NCBI GenBank assembly: GCA_965218435.1
Contig: CBDCKW010000009.1
Location: forward strand, 256,001 to 320,000
Origin: Truepera sp.
Lineage (GTDB): Bacteria; Deinococcota; Deinococci; Deinococcales; Trueperaceae
Reading direction: 5' to 3'
Length of the DNA stretch: 64,000 bases
Part shown: one piece after another, positions 39,170-49,358 of the stretch
Position numbering within the stretch: the first letter of the stretch is position 1
How the letters are laid out: every line of letters begins with the position of its first letter
Notes under the pieces: model-generated
The model's database searches: none
What the model saw: only the letters and a program-made list of their open reading frames with translations
Told to the model about the DNA's origin: nothing
Position numbers and translations under genes: made by a program

Positions 39170-40308
39170 GGAGCCTCCGGCAGCGGCAGATAGCGTTCGG
39201 GAATCTCCCAAACGACGAGTTTAGGGGGGGCGTCTCTGAGTTCACTGCTCTTCAAATAGTCACGCATCGGCGGCAGCGGGCCTTGCCCTTCGGTCGCCAC
39301 ATCGAGCACGTCCGCGCCGAGCGCCTGCTGCAGCGCACCGGCAAAGTTCCACCGCTCGTCGGCGCTGTAGCTCGTCCCGACGAGGGTAACCGGAACCGTC
39401 TGTGCGCCGAAAAGCCCTCCGGCTGAGCTGCTCAGGGCTCGCGTTCGGCGGGTCTCGAGCATATCCGGCGCTGGCCCCAAACGGTCCTGTAACACACCGA
39501 GCGGCAAAAAGTTGAGCAGGTCACCTTGATGCTGAGTCTGTCCTGTGTGGGCCGTCTTATAGCGGCTTTCAAAAAGGCCGGTCACATCTGTTCGGCGCAC
39601 GGCTTTTGCCAGCGTGTCAGCGGCGACTTCAGCTCCTGCAGGCGTCCAGTGCGTATCGGTACGCAGATAAACCTGCGTTTTTTCCTTAGCGTGGGTCAAA
39701 GGCGTCAGCAGGTCGGGCGCAATAATAGTGGCCTGAGTGAGAGAGCGGCGGAAACTCTCATAACGGTCTTCTGTATAACTCGGCAAGGTGCGGCCCACGA
39801 ACTCTGGGTAAACCCGCGACTTGTCGGGAACGAGGCCGACGATAAGCGTCACGCCTTTTTCAGCAAGCTCAGCTTGAACCTTTTTGATATAGGCTAGTTT
39901 ACGCGCCGTTTCAGCGGCGGCGTTCTTGTAAAAAGCCACCTCTTCGCCGGTAAAAAGCCAGCCTTTTCGACCGACCACAACGCCTTGTCGCCCTTCGTGG
40001 AAGAGCCCGTACTCGAGCACCCCCCAAGTTGCAATCGCGGCGTCCCGGAAGGGCAAGGCTTCGTTAAACGCTTTTTCGTAGCGGGCCGCTTGTTCACCGC
40101 GCAAAAACGATCCCTCACGCGGCCACCTAAACGTCTCGGGTGTTAGGAGTGCCGCACCTAAGCCGAGGCTTAGTACCACGAGTAAAAAGATGCCAGGGAG
40201 CCGGGGCAGGGACGCCGGAAGCGGGTTGTGACGAATGTCCTCTACGTCTGTTGCCGGGTCGGGGTGGGTTACCGGACGCTCAGCGCCTTGAGGAATTGTT
40301 CGTTCCAT
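39166..40308 (-). CDS. algJ: AlgJ-like O-acetyltransferase
   Basis: N-terminal TM; GRQGVVVGRKGWLF, RTDTHWTPAGA, LVGTSYSA, VVWEIPERYL. Confidence 0.85.
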   Translation of the reverse strand: MERTIPQGAERPVTHPDPATDVEDIRHNPLPASLPRLPGIFLLVVLSLGLGAALLTPETFRWPREGSFLRGEQAARYEKAFNEALPFRDAAIATWGVLEYGLFHEGRQGVVVGRKGWLFTGEEVAFYKNAAAETARKLAYIKKVQAELAEKGVTLIVGLVPDKSRVYPEFVGRTLPSYTEDRYESFRRSLTQATIIAPDLLTPLTHAKEKTQVYLRTDTHWTPAGAEVAADTLAKAVRRTDVTGLFESRYKTAHTGQTQHQGDLLNFLPLGVLQDRLGPAPDMLETRRTRALSSSAGGLFGAQTVPVTLVGTSYSADERWNFAGALQQALGADVLDVATEGQGPLPPMRDYLKSSELRDAPPKLVVWEIPERYLPLPEAP

Positions 40309-40321
40309 TAGAACTGTCCCA

Positions 40322-41737
40322 TCAAAACTGAAAGTACAAAAAGGGTGAAAAGCTCTGGGCCGAAAGCCGGAAAACGCCTAAAATAAATAAGGGCAAGATC
40401 AGCAGATGGATGTTTTGCAAGGTGCGTTGCCGACCTTCAGGGAAGCGCCACAGAAGGCTGCGCCACCACGGAGCAACGTAGATCAGCACAAGGCCGAGAA
40501 TGAGTGTGGTGACCTCGAGCCCCGTCAGCTCCCAGGTAAAGCTCTCGGGTAGCGCCCAGCCGTTCGCCCCGGCCATGCCCCGCACTATATGCCACGCTTG
40601 TCCGACCGAAGTGGCCCGGAACAAGACCCACCCAACGATGACAATCAGCATGGTTTTGGGAACGCTTAAAAAGGCCGGAACCGGCCGCCAGAGCTTGCGT
40701 TTACCTAAAAACCGCTCCACGACCAAAAAACCCCCATGCCACGCGCCCCACAAGACGAACGTCCAGTTCGCGCCGTGCCAGAGCCCGCCTAAAAGCATCA
40801 CTAAAAGCAGATTGACGTAGGTGCGGCTCGCGCCGCGGCGGTTGCCGCCTAGCGGAATATACAAGTAGTCGCGGAGCCAGCTCGAGAGTGAAATATGCCA
40901 GCGCGTCCAAAACTCGGTGATCGAGCGGCTGATATACGGGTAGTTGAAGTTTTCCATAAACCGAAAGCCCATCATCAACCCGAGCCCAATCGCCATATCC
41001 GAGTAGCCGGAAAAGTCAAAATAAAGTTGCACCGTATAGGCGAGTGCGCCGAGCCACGCGGCGGCGGCGGTCGGGTCGGAGGTGGCAAAGACGCGGTCAG
41101 CCAGCGTCGCTACCCCGTCGGCAATTAGGACTTTTTTGCAAAATCCGACCATGAACCGTAGTGCGCCCTCGGAAAACTTGTCGAAGGTATGGGTGCGTTC
41201 GTAAAACTGGTCGGCGAGGTCTTTGTACCGTAAAACGGGTCCGGCAATCAGCTGCGGAAACAGCGCGATAAAGGCGCTCAGGTCCCAAAAGTTACGGGCG
41301 GGCGGCGCGTCTCTCCGGTACACGTCAACCACATAACTTATCGCTTGAAAGGTGTAAAACGACAGGCCGATCGGCAAAACGACCGCCCACGCCGTAAACG
41401 TCGGAACGCCGATGCTCGAGAACGCCGCATTGAGGCTGTCCACACCGAAGTTAAAGTATTTGAAGTAGCCGAGCGCCGCCAGGTCAAAGGTAACGCCCAA
41501 AGTTAGATAGAGTTTGGCAGTGCGTTTGGTTTGAGCTTTGGCGACCCCTAACCCGGCCAGGTAGCTAAGCAACGTGACACCGAAAAAAAGACCCAGAAAG
41601 TCTACCCGCCACCAACCGTAAAAGATGTAGCTCGAGACCAAAATCAGGGGTGAGCGGAAGCGAAATGGGATGAGGTAGTAGACCCCCAAAAAGAGGGGTA
41701 AAAAGAGGAAGAGAAAGATGGGAGTAGAGAAAACCAT
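40322..41737 (-). CDS. algI: AlgI-like MBOAT O-acyltransferase
   Basis: LPIGLSFYTFQ, FPQLIAGP, YFDFSGYSDMAIG, FWTRWHISLSSWLRDYLYIPLGGNR, SPFLYFQF. Confidence 0.92.
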   Translation of the reverse strand: MVFSTPIFLFLFLPLFLGVYYLIPFRFRSPLILVSSYIFYGWWRVDFLGLFFGVTLLSYLAGLGVAKAQTKRTAKLYLTLGVTFDLAALGYFKYFNFGVDSLNAAFSSIGVPTFTAWAVVLPIGLSFYTFQAISYVVDVYRRDAPPARNFWDLSAFIALFPQLIAGPVLRYKDLADQFYERTHTFDKFSEGALRFMVGFCKKVLIADGVATLADRVFATSDPTAAAAWLGALAYTVQLYFDFSGYSDMAIGLGLMMGFRFMENFNYPYISRSITEFWTRWHISLSSWLRDYLYIPLGGNRRGASRTYVNLLLVMLLGGLWHGANWTFVLWGAWHGGFLVVERFLGKRKLWRPVPAFLSVPKTMLIVIVGWVLFRATSVGQAWHIVRGMAGANGWALPESFTWELTGLEVTTLILGLVLIYVAPWWRSLLWRFPEGRQRTLQNIHLLILPLFILGVFRLSAQSFSPFLYFQF

Positions 41738-41755
41738 ACGGGTTGTTCGTTTCGG

Positions 41756-42373
41756 TTATTCGGTCGTAGTGGTGTTTTGCACAAAGACGGCAGTGTCGTC
41801 GGGCAAGACAAAGGTGCTGTAGGCGGCGCTACGCTCGAGCTGCACCTCAGCAAAGGTGGTGAGCGCCGCGCTGCCACGAAATGCGCCGAACGCTACCGAA
41901 ATCGGATTGACCGGAATGCTCCCGACCTCGCCGGGAGCGACGTCCGGGATGACAGCGGTCGAACCGTCCGCCGTTTTGAGGTTGACGGGTTTTGCCGAAG
42001 TGTTGTAGAGCAGTAGCAGGGTTTGTGCGCGGTTGTCTAACGTTGGGTCCTCAATCAGTGTGGCGCTGTCCCCAATTATCACGGTGTAAAAACGGCCCGC
42101 TTGCAGGGTTAAGGTGTCCGTGACGTTTCCAGCACTTAAGTCGGCGTTGCCCTGAAGTACCACGCGGTACGGGCTGACCTTGCCGTAAGCGAGCGCCTGA
42201 AAGCTCGTGTCACCGAGCGTCGGCGTTGTCTCACCTTGATTTGTGTTGAGAATGCGGACGAAGGCGGCGTCGGCGGGGGGCGCGGGCGCGTACAGCCCTT
42301 CGTCTTGCGCGGCTGCCCAGCCTAAAACCCAAACCAAACAAAAACCACTAACGATTAAGGCTAACTTTTTGAT
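41756..42373 (-). CDS. algF: AlgF-like periplasmic acetylation protein (probable ATC start)
   Basis: GLYAPAPPADAAFVRILN motif; signal peptide (I)KKLALIVSGFCLVWVLGWAAA after GGAGG. Confidence 0.8.
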   Translation of the reverse strand: MKKLALIVSGFCLVWVLGWAAAQDEGLYAPAPPADAAFVRILNTNQGETTPTLGDTSFQALAYGKVSPYRVVLQGNADLSAGNVTDTLTLQAGRFYTVIIGDSATLIEDPTLDNRAQTLLLLYNTSAKPVNLKTADGSTAVIPDVAPGEVGSIPVNPISVAFGAFRGSAALTTFAEVQLERSAAYSTFVLPDDTAVFVQNTTTTE

Positions 42374-42478
42374 GTTGACCCTCCCTGTGACAGCTACGTG
42401 TTGATGATTAGGTTCGGATTTTTCAAACGACCGTAGCTTACGCTATTTGCCAAGTTTACGGTAGACGTAAGTACAGTG

Positions 42479-43798
42479 CTAAGGTGCGCGGCATACTTGC
42501 GCCGCTATGGTACCGGTTGTACCGGCCGGAACGTTGAGCGACACTTCTTTAAGGGGGCTGCTGATATTGCGGGAGAGCTCGAGGTAGTATTCACCATTGT
42601 TGCTAACCCGCGTCGAGCGGTCAACCGGAGCCGTATCTGCACTGCCGTCTTCGTACGTCGAGACGATCTCAAACTCTACTAAAGACAAGTCGGAAGCCTG
42701 TAAGTGTAGATAGTAGTTTTCGCCGAAGATGTCCGGATTTGTCGAGGTCAAGAGATTGACCGTTTCACCCGAGACTTCGGCGCTTCCCGAGACAAGCGCG
42801 GCTTCGGAACTGCAAGGACCGTATACTGATGGAATCATCTGACGAAAGGCGGTGTAGTCACCTTCTCTTTCGGTTATCGTCGCGTCACTCATACGGTATT
42901 CCCAAATGATCACCTTGGGGTTCGCGCCCTTGTCTCGCTTCAGCAAAAGGTCTTGCAACGCGATATCGAGCCCGCCCCCTGAGACCGAAGCGTTAAGAAT
43001 AGGTTGACCTAGAGCTTCGCTTAAAAAGCCGTCAAAATTATAGGTCTCAGTGCTAAAACTGCTACCTGCCAAGGCGACGACAGGCGTCTCTTGGGTAAAT
43101 AAATCCCCTTTGGTTAGTTCCTTGGTCGTGTACAAGTTGATCATTTCCAGCAGCTCACTTGGTAGGTCACCACATTTTTTTTCAATTGTTTCAAAAATTC
43201 TGTTGCTTCCTGGCTCGGTACCGGTCAGCGCAGTAGTAAACGCTGCACCGCCTGAGCGGGTGAGCGTTCGATAGGTAGGGTTCTCGCGCAGTACCTGCGC
43301 AACAGCTTGGGCCGAGGCCCGTGCGCCTTCAGGGGTCCAGTGCCGGTCGAGTTTCTGATGGTAACCAACTGTTTTGCCCTTTAACGTTTCAGCCGCGTCT
43401 AGGAGGTCAACTGCGACGATCGGCTCGAGTGACGCCACATAATCTCGGTAGTACGCGCTTGCCTCGGCCGCGTCAAACTCGATGTTCAGGGTTTCTAACG
43501 CTGGTTTATCGGTGACAACTTCACCATTTACCATTCCTCGTAGTGGGGTAGGCACGACGACGAGCAGCGTTCCGTCAGCCCCAAGTGTTTCGTTAAGCCT
43601 TTGCATCCAGGTTGTGAGCTCCCCTAAATCCTGACCATAGCGCAGGTCCGAACTGTAGTAAAATGAACCGTCGGTATTACGAGTAAGCGTTCCCGCCTCG
43701 TCACACAGCTCAAGCTGTGCTCGAGATAATGAGGTCATACCTGTTAAGGCTACCGCTACCAGCAAAGAACCCGAAAATCTAAACCGCTTCGCTTCCAT
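42479..43798 (-). CDS. AlgX-family SGNH O-acetyltransferase, secreted
   Basis: Signal peptide; LDRHWTPEGA, AGSSFS, VIIWEY; C-terminal domain homologous to the other two paralogs. Confidence 0.8.
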   Translation of the reverse strand: MEAKRFRFSGSLLVAVALTGMTSLSRAQLELCDEAGTLTRNTDGSFYYSSDLRYGQDLGELTTWMQRLNETLGADGTLLVVVPTPLRGMVNGEVVTDKPALETLNIEFDAAEASAYYRDYVASLEPIVAVDLLDAAETLKGKTVGYHQKLDRHWTPEGARASAQAVAQVLRENPTYRTLTRSGGAAFTTALTGTEPGSNRIFETIEKKCGDLPSELLEMINLYTTKELTKGDLFTQETPVVALAGSSFSTETYNFDGFLSEALGQPILNASVSGGGLDIALQDLLLKRDKGANPKVIIWEYRMSDATITEREGDYTAFRQMIPSVYGPCSSEAALVSGSAEVSGETVNLLTSTNPDIFGENYYLHLQASDLSLVEFEIVSTYEDGSADTAPVDRSTRVSNNGEYYLELSRNISSPLKEVSLNVPAGTTGTIAAQVCRAP

Positions 43799-44001
43799 CT
43801 GGTTTTTCTCCTCCCTAAAACAAGACTCGTGGGTAAACCCGAACTTTTGAGGTAGTTTTATGCTTTCAAGAGCTTAACGACACTAGCTCGATAAAAGCTT
43901 AAGACCTCCTAGCTGCTCTAACAAGTGCAAATGTGCTTTTAGAGGTCAACCGCAGCTAAGCTAAAAGATGTTTTGATTAAGCCGGGAGCGTAGACTAAAC
44001 C

Positions 44002-45279
44002 ATGCGCGCAGTTAACTTTATCGAGCAAAAAAGACGTGGTGAGGCCCATACCAAAGAAGTTTTGACCTCGTTTATCACAGACTATGTAGCGGGCCACGTT
44101 CCTGATTATCAGGTCGCAGCGTGGCTGATGGCGGTCTACCTTCAGGACCTGAACCCAGAGGAAACCGCTGATTTGACCCTAGCGATGGCACATTCCGGCG
44201 ACGTTTTAGACCTCTCGAGCCTCCCCAACACCGTTGATAAACACTCGACGGGTGGGGTAGGCGACAAAACCAGTTTGGTGCTTGCGCCGCTGTTAGCCGC
44301 GTGCGGCGCGACGGTGGCCAAGATGAGCGGGCGCGGGCTCGGGCATACGGGCGGCACCGTGGACAAGCTCGAGAGCATCCCCGGTTTTCGCGCTGAGCTT
44401 TCAGAACGTGCGTTTTACGCTCAAGCTAAAGATATTGGCGTTGTGATTACCGGGCAGTCAAAAGATTTAGCGCCAGCAGACGGGCTCTTGTACACCCTCC
44501 GCGACGCGACCGGAACGGTCGGCTCATTGCCCTTAATCGCCGCGTCAATTATGAGCAAAAAGCTGGCAGGCGGGGCACAAACCATCGTTTTAGACGTCAA
44601 AGTCGGTAACGGTGCGTTTATGAAAACGCTCGCTGAGGCGCAGGCGTTGGCGCACACGATGCAAGATATCGGCGTCCGTGCGGGGCGAAATGTCCGGGTG
44701 CTCCTGACCGCTATGTCCGAGCCGCTCGGTTTGGCCGTGGGCAACGCCCTCGAGGTCACCGAAGCGGTGCGCACCCTGCAAGGGGAAGGCCCGAATGATC
44801 TGCTCGAGCTTTCCCTAACTTTGGCTGAACAAGGGCTGACGGCAGCGGGCTTGGACGGAGACCGAGGGAAGCTAGAAGAGGCGATCTCGAGCGGGCGTGC
44901 TTTTGAGCAGTTTACGGCTTGGATTGCGGCGCAGGGCGGCGATGTGGGTGCGTTGGAAAGGCTCGAGACGGCCCCCGAACAGCACCTTTTACGCGCCGAG
45001 AAAAGTGGCTTTGTCGCTGGACTCGGGGCGCTTGCGATTGGACAAGCGGTCAAAGTTTTAGGTGGCGGACGGGCACAAAAAGGCGATGTGATAGACCCCG
45101 GCGTCGGCGCTGTACTCCACGCCAAAGTCGGCGCTCAGGTAAGCCGTGGGGAACCGCTCCTGACGCTCTACCACCGGGGTAGAGGTTTGGAGGAAGCGTT
45201 GACACTTTTAGAAGGTACTGTGGTAATTTCAGAGACGCCGACCAAAGCGCCGCCGCTTATCTTAGCAACGCCCCGGTAG
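44002..45279 (+). CDS. pdp: Pyrimidine-nucleoside/thymidine phosphorylase
   Basis: DKHSTGGVGDK, KMSGRGLGHTGGTVDKLESIPG, SIMSKK. Confidence 0.95.
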   Translation: MRAVNFIEQKRRGEAHTKEVLTSFITDYVAGHVPDYQVAAWLMAVYLQDLNPEETADLTLAMAHSGDVLDLSSLPNTVDKHSTGGVGDKTSLVLAPLLAACGATVAKMSGRGLGHTGGTVDKLESIPGFRAELSERAFYAQAKDIGVVITGQSKDLAPADGLLYTLRDATGTVGSLPLIAASIMSKKLAGGAQTIVLDVKVGNGAFMKTLAEAQALAHTMQDIGVRAGRNVRVLLTAMSEPLGLAVGNALEVTEAVRTLQGEGPNDLLELSLTLAEQGLTAAGLDGDRGKLEEAISSGRAFEQFTAWIAAQGGDVGALERLETAPEQHLLRAEKSGFVAGLGALAIGQAVKVLGGGRAQKGDVIDPGVGAVLHAKVGAQVSRGEPLLTLYHRGRGLEEALTLLEGTVVISETPTKAPPLILATPR

Positions 45280-45284
45280 TCGGG

Positions 45285-45674
45285 ATGGGTGCGCTTTATC
45301 TGCCCCCAGCCCTCTTACAAGACATTCGCGCTCACGCCGCTGAAACTGCGCCTGAAGAGTGTGTCGGCTTGCTTTTTGGCCAAGCTCAACAGGTCTCGAG
45401 AACACGCCGCCTGACGAACGCTGCTAAAAGCCCGCAAACTCGGTTTTTTGCCCTGCCGCAAGAGCTTTTAGCTGCCTTTGCGGAGGCTGATGACCTTAGT
45501 GAACAGGTTTTAGGAAGCTATCATTCACACCCTCAGAGCGACGCGTGGCTCTCTCCATCTGACCTTGCTGGAGCGCAAGCGGGCGCGGTTCAACTGATCG
45601 TCGGGCAAGATACAGTGCGGGCCTTCTGTATGCAGGGCGGTGTAGGGACTGAACTCGAGCTCAAGCTGCTGTAG
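45285..45674 (+). CDS. JAB/Mov34 (M67) metallopeptidase
   Basis: PEECVGLL..YHSHP..SPSD JAMM motif. Confidence 0.88.
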   Translation: MGALYLPPALLQDIRAHAAETAPEECVGLLFGQAQQVSRTRRLTNAAKSPQTRFFALPQELLAAFAEADDLSEQVLGSYHSHPQSDAWLSPSDLAGAQAGAVQLIVGQDTVRAFCMQGGVGTELELKLL

Positions 45675-45724
45675 GCTGTTTTACTGGTGCCGAGGCGCGT
45701 GTTAAGAATAACGTGGAGGCGCAA

Positions 45725-46351
45725 ATGAAGATACTCGTAGCAGGAGCGAGCGGTAAAACCGGGCGTTTGGTAGTGGAGCAACTTTTGGCGCGGGGAGAGC
45801 AGGTCAAGGCGCTCGTCAGGCGAGAAGACGCGGCGACGGAGTTAGCGGCGCTCGGCGCGGAAACGGTCGTCGCCGACCTCACCGGCGGCGCTACTCATAC
45901 TTTATCGGGGTGTGACGCGGTTGTCTTTGCAGCCGGGGCCGGGATGAGCGGCGACCCGGAAGATGTAGACAACCGGGGTGCAGTCAAACTTTTGGAAGCG
46001 GCGGAGGCGCAGGGCGTCTCCCGGTTTGTGATGATCTCTTCGCTTGGGACGGGTTACGCGGAGCGGATGCCGGAGATGCTGGGGCCTTATTTGCAGGCTA
46101 AACACAAAGCTGAACAGGCGCTCGAGGCGAGCACGCTGGTCTACACCATCGTCAAACCAGGCGGCCTCACCGACGTTGCCGGAACGGGCAACGTGACCGT
46201 TGCTCCGATCTTAAACCAGAGCGGCATGATCCCTCGGGCCGACGTTGCCGCCGTCGTGGTTGAAGTTCTTTTAGCTGACCTCGTTATCAACACCTCGTTC
46301 GAGGTCGTCAGCGGCGACACGTCGATTTCTGAGGCGCTTGCTACGCTGTAA
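45725..46351 (+). CDS. NAD(P)H-binding atypical SDR protein
   Basis: ILVAGASGKTG, VVFAAG, YTIVKPGGLT, IPRADVA. Confidence 0.88.
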   Translation: MKILVAGASGKTGRLVVEQLLARGEQVKALVRREDAATELAALGAETVVADLTGGATHTLSGCDAVVFAAGAGMSGDPEDVDNRGAVKLLEAAEAQGVSRFVMISSLGTGYAERMPEMLGPYLQAKHKAEQALEASTLVYTIVKPGGLTDVAGTGNVTVAPILNQSGMIPRADVAAVVVEVLLADLVINTSFEVVSGDTSISEALATL

Positions 46352-46353
46352 GG

Positions 46354-47163
46354 GTGTTCGGTAAAGCTCAACTCGACCGCTACAGTCGCCAAATCATCTT
46401 GCCCGGTGTCGGCGCGGCGGGTCAGCAAAAGCTGCTAGACGCTCGAGTTCTCGTCGTCGGCGCGGGTGGGTTGGGCTCGCCGGTTTTGCTCTATCTAGCT
46501 GCGGCAGGCGTCGGGACGCTCGGCGTCGTAGACGACGACCGCGTAGAACTGAGCAATTTGCAGCGGCAAATGCTCCACAGCGTTGAGACGCTAGGCATCA
46601 AAAAGGTTGACTCGGTGAAAGAACGCTTGGCGGGGCTCAATCCGGAGGTAAGGCTCGAGCCTTACCCCACCCGCTTAACCGCTCAAAACGCGCTCGAGCT
46701 GCTCTCACCCTATGACCTCATCATTGACGGGTCGGACAACCTGCCGACGCGTTACCTTGTTTCGGACGCCTGCGTGCTGCTCGGCAAGCCGCTGCTTTAC
46801 GGCGCGATGTCGCAGTTTGAAGGACAGCTAAGTTTGCTGCACGTCCCTGAAAGTGACGCGTGGGGACCCTGCTACCGCTGCCTCTACCCGGAGCCGCCCC
46901 TGGCTGACACGGTGCTGAGCTGCGCTGAAGGCGGCGTCTTTGGTGCGTTGCCGGGCGTGATCGGTAGCCTGATGGCGACCGAAGCGATCAAACATATTGT
47001 GGGTTTGAGCGAGCATAAGACGGCTAAACTGACGCACTACGACGCCCTCTCTAGCGGGTTTCAGAGCATCAAACTGAGGCGTAACCCAGCGTGCCCCAGC
47101 TGCGGCGACGCGCCGAGTCTTCACGCGCTAGAGGATGCAGAAACATTCTGTAAAGTTACCTAA
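46354..47163 (+). CDS. moeB: MoeB/ThiF E1-like adenylyltransferase
   Basis: RYSRQIIL, GAGGLG, SNLQRQ, CYRC and CPSC Zn motifs. Confidence 0.9.
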   Translation: MFGKAQLDRYSRQIILPGVGAAGQQKLLDARVLVVGAGGLGSPVLLYLAAAGVGTLGVVDDDRVELSNLQRQMLHSVETLGIKKVDSVKERLAGLNPEVRLEPYPTRLTAQNALELLSPYDLIIDGSDNLPTRYLVSDACVLLGKPLLYGAMSQFEGQLSLLHVPESDAWGPCYRCLYPEPPLADTVLSCAEGGVFGALPGVIGSLMATEAIKHIVGLSEHKTAKLTHYDALSSGFQSIKLRRNPACPSCGDAPSLHALEDAETFCKVT

Positions 47164-47266
47164 GTGGTTTTTAATTCTCTCAAAAATCTAAGAACACCTT
47201 CGTCCACATGGTAGCTTGACCTGATACTTGCCCGGCGCTTGAGCGTTCGGGCCGATGAGGTGAAGT

Positions 47267-48271
47267 GTGCATAAAATCTTACTGATTCCCGGCGACGGGA
47301 TTGGGCTCGAGGTCATCCCCGCTGCTGAAAAATTGCTCAAGGCAACCGGGTTACTTTTAGAGCTGAGCTACGGCGACGCGGGTTGGGACACCTTTCAAAA
47401 AACTGGCAACAGCGTGCCTGACGAAACACTAGAAAAGGTCAAGGCTGCCGACGCGACGCTTGCCGGGGCGTTTACGAGCCCGAGCGGGAGTCAAAAGGTA
47501 CCGGGGTTTCACGGCGCGATTCGTTATCTGCGGCGGACGCTCGACCTGTTTGCCAACCTTCGCCCCGCTAAATCACGGCCGATTCCGGGGTCGCTCCAAA
47601 ATGTTGACATGCTGATGGTCCGTGAAAACACGCAAGGGCTCTACGTCGAGCAAGAACGGCGTTACGGCGACGTAGCGATTGCCGACTGTGTGATCTCCAA
47701 AGGTGCGTCGGAGCGGATTGCGCGGGTGGCGCTACAAGAAGCGGAGAAGCGGCGTCAAGAACTCGCGGTCATTCATAAGGCGAACGTGTTGCCGCTGACG
47801 ACGGGGCTGTTTCTCGAGACCGCCTTAGACGTTGCCCAAGAATTTCCTGACATTCACGCCTACGACATTATCGTAGACGCCGCTGCGATGAAGCTCGTCC
47901 GTGACCCACAGAGCTTCGATGTCCTGGTTACGACCAACTTGTTCGGTGACATCTTATCTGACCTGATGGCCGGACTCGTCGGCGGTCTAGGGCTTGCGCC
48001 GAGCGCCAACTTAGGCGAGCAGCACGCCATTTTTGAACCCGTTCACGGTAGCGCCCCCGACATCGCCGGACGCGGGATTGCAAACCCTGCGGCAACCTTT
48101 TTGACTGCTGCGCTGATGTTTAGCCATTTGGGAGAGGCAGAAGTGGCTGCTAAAATTGACCGCGCTGTTGACCAGGTGTTAGCAGATGGACCACGTACCG
48201 GCGACTTGGGCGGAAATGCGACGACGGCAGAGTTTACGGACGCAGTGATTGACGCGTATACCCACCTTTAG
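47267..48271 (+). CDS. Homoisocitrate dehydrogenase (Thermus-type AAA lysine pathway)
   Basis: [51 protein letters not shown]. Confidence 0.85.
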   Translation: MHKILLIPGDGIGLEVIPAAEKLLKATGLLLELSYGDAGWDTFQKTGNSVPDETLEKVKAADATLAGAFTSPSGSQKVPGFHGAIRYLRRTLDLFANLRPAKSRPIPGSLQNVDMLMVRENTQGLYVEQERRYGDVAIADCVISKGASERIARVALQEAEKRRQELAVIHKANVLPLTTGLFLETALDVAQEFPDIHAYDIIVDAAAMKLVRDPQSFDVLVTTNLFGDILSDLMAGLVGGLGLAPSANLGEQHAIFEPVHGSAPDIAGRGIANPAATFLTAALMFSHLGEAEVAAKIDRAVDQVLADGPRTGDLGGNATTAEFTDAVIDAYTHL

Positions 48272-48314
48272 CGAAAGGTAGTAGGTATTTATCTGGTTTG
48301 AGACAGTCTGAGTA

Positions 48315-49358
48315 AATCATCTGCGAAATAAGTACACGATCAGAATAAAGTAGCTAGGCTTAGAGAAAGGGTTTAAGTCGGCTTACCAAGCCAGAGCATC
48401 TAACTTTCTGAAGTTATGAAGCCCCGCGATAGCTAAGAAAGTGTCATCATAAACAGCTTTTGGGCCTCGGTAGATACCCGCTAAGAGCTTAAAGCGTTTC
48501 AAGTGAGCCAGTGTGTGCTCGACAGGAAAACGCAGGCTGTTTTGAACTTTGTTGAGGCATTTCTGGATGAAGTCCAGGGGTTTGTTTCTTCTAGCTTTGC
48601 TGGGCTGATGGAAGGTTCTATGGGGAAAATCCTTATCAATACCGTCATATCCTTTGTCCACTCGGACCTCGGTAGCCGTAGGTAAAGCTCGTAACACCCC
48701 GGTACCTCTAAGGACGTTGACGTCGCTGAATTTGCCTGGTAAAGAACGTGTCACATGAAGGATAAGCTTTGTGTTGGTGGCAGTGATTTGGGTCTTGAGC
48801 GTATGTCGCTTTTTCTTACCTGAATACTTGTCTCTGCGTTCTTGCTTGTCTTTGGGTTTCTGGATTTCTTGCTCGGTAGCATCAACCAAGACTTCCTTGA
48901 ACTCAGGATGCTGCTCAAGCAGTTCTTCTAGGCTTGCGATACGCTTTCTTTTAGCTTGACCAAAAAGAACTGTCTCGTGCGCTGGTAAGGGGAGAACCTC
49001 AAGTAGTACAGGTCGAAGTTTGCTGATCAAACGGCTGACGTTACTATCATCCAAGTTGAATAAGTAGCCTAGTAGCAGCTGGGTCAGGTACAAACGGTAA
49101 TACAGCAGCACCCCTAAAACCTGATCCTCTACCCCTAGTTCTGCCTTGCGTCCCCCGCCTACTGCACGTTGACGTAATTTGCCCTGGGTGCCTTTTGGTT
49201 CGGCAAGGCGTACTTCGACCGCTTTACTAAGCAACTTGAACTGCTCGACGCTTAAACCTGTGAAGTTATACAGATGCTTGGGCTTTCTCTTTAAGCGGCT
49301 CGCTTTCATCCTGCTAGTTTAGTCCTTTGACTCCTTCGGCGCTATTTCGCAGATGATT
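48315..49358 (-). mobile_element. IS5-family (ISL2-group-like) insertion sequence
   Basis: Perfect inverted ends TAAATCATCTGCGAAATA (48313-48330) / TATTTCGCAGATGATTTA (49343-49360); the outer TA is probably the target duplication; lower GC. Confidence 0.9.
48383..49309 (-). CDS. DDE transposase (HTH + DDE_Tnp_4-like)
   Basis: LVDATEQ, YSGKKKRHTLKTQI, DKGYDG, RFPVEH..LKRFK. Confidence 0.92.
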   Translation of the reverse strand: MKASRLKRKPKHLYNFTGLSVEQFKLLSKAVEVRLAEPKGTQGKLRQRAVGGGRKAELGVEDQVLGVLLYYRLYLTQLLLGYLFNLDDSNVSRLISKLRPVLLEVLPLPAHETVLFGQAKRKRIASLEELLEQHPEFKEVLVDATEQEIQKPKDKQERRDKYSGKKKRHTLKTQITATNTKLILHVTRSLPGKFSDVNVLRGTGVLRALPTATEVRVDKGYDGIDKDFPHRTFHQPSKARRNKPLDFIQKCLNKVQNSLRFPVEHTLAHLKRFKLLAGIYRGPKAVYDDTFLAIAGLHNFRKLDALAW

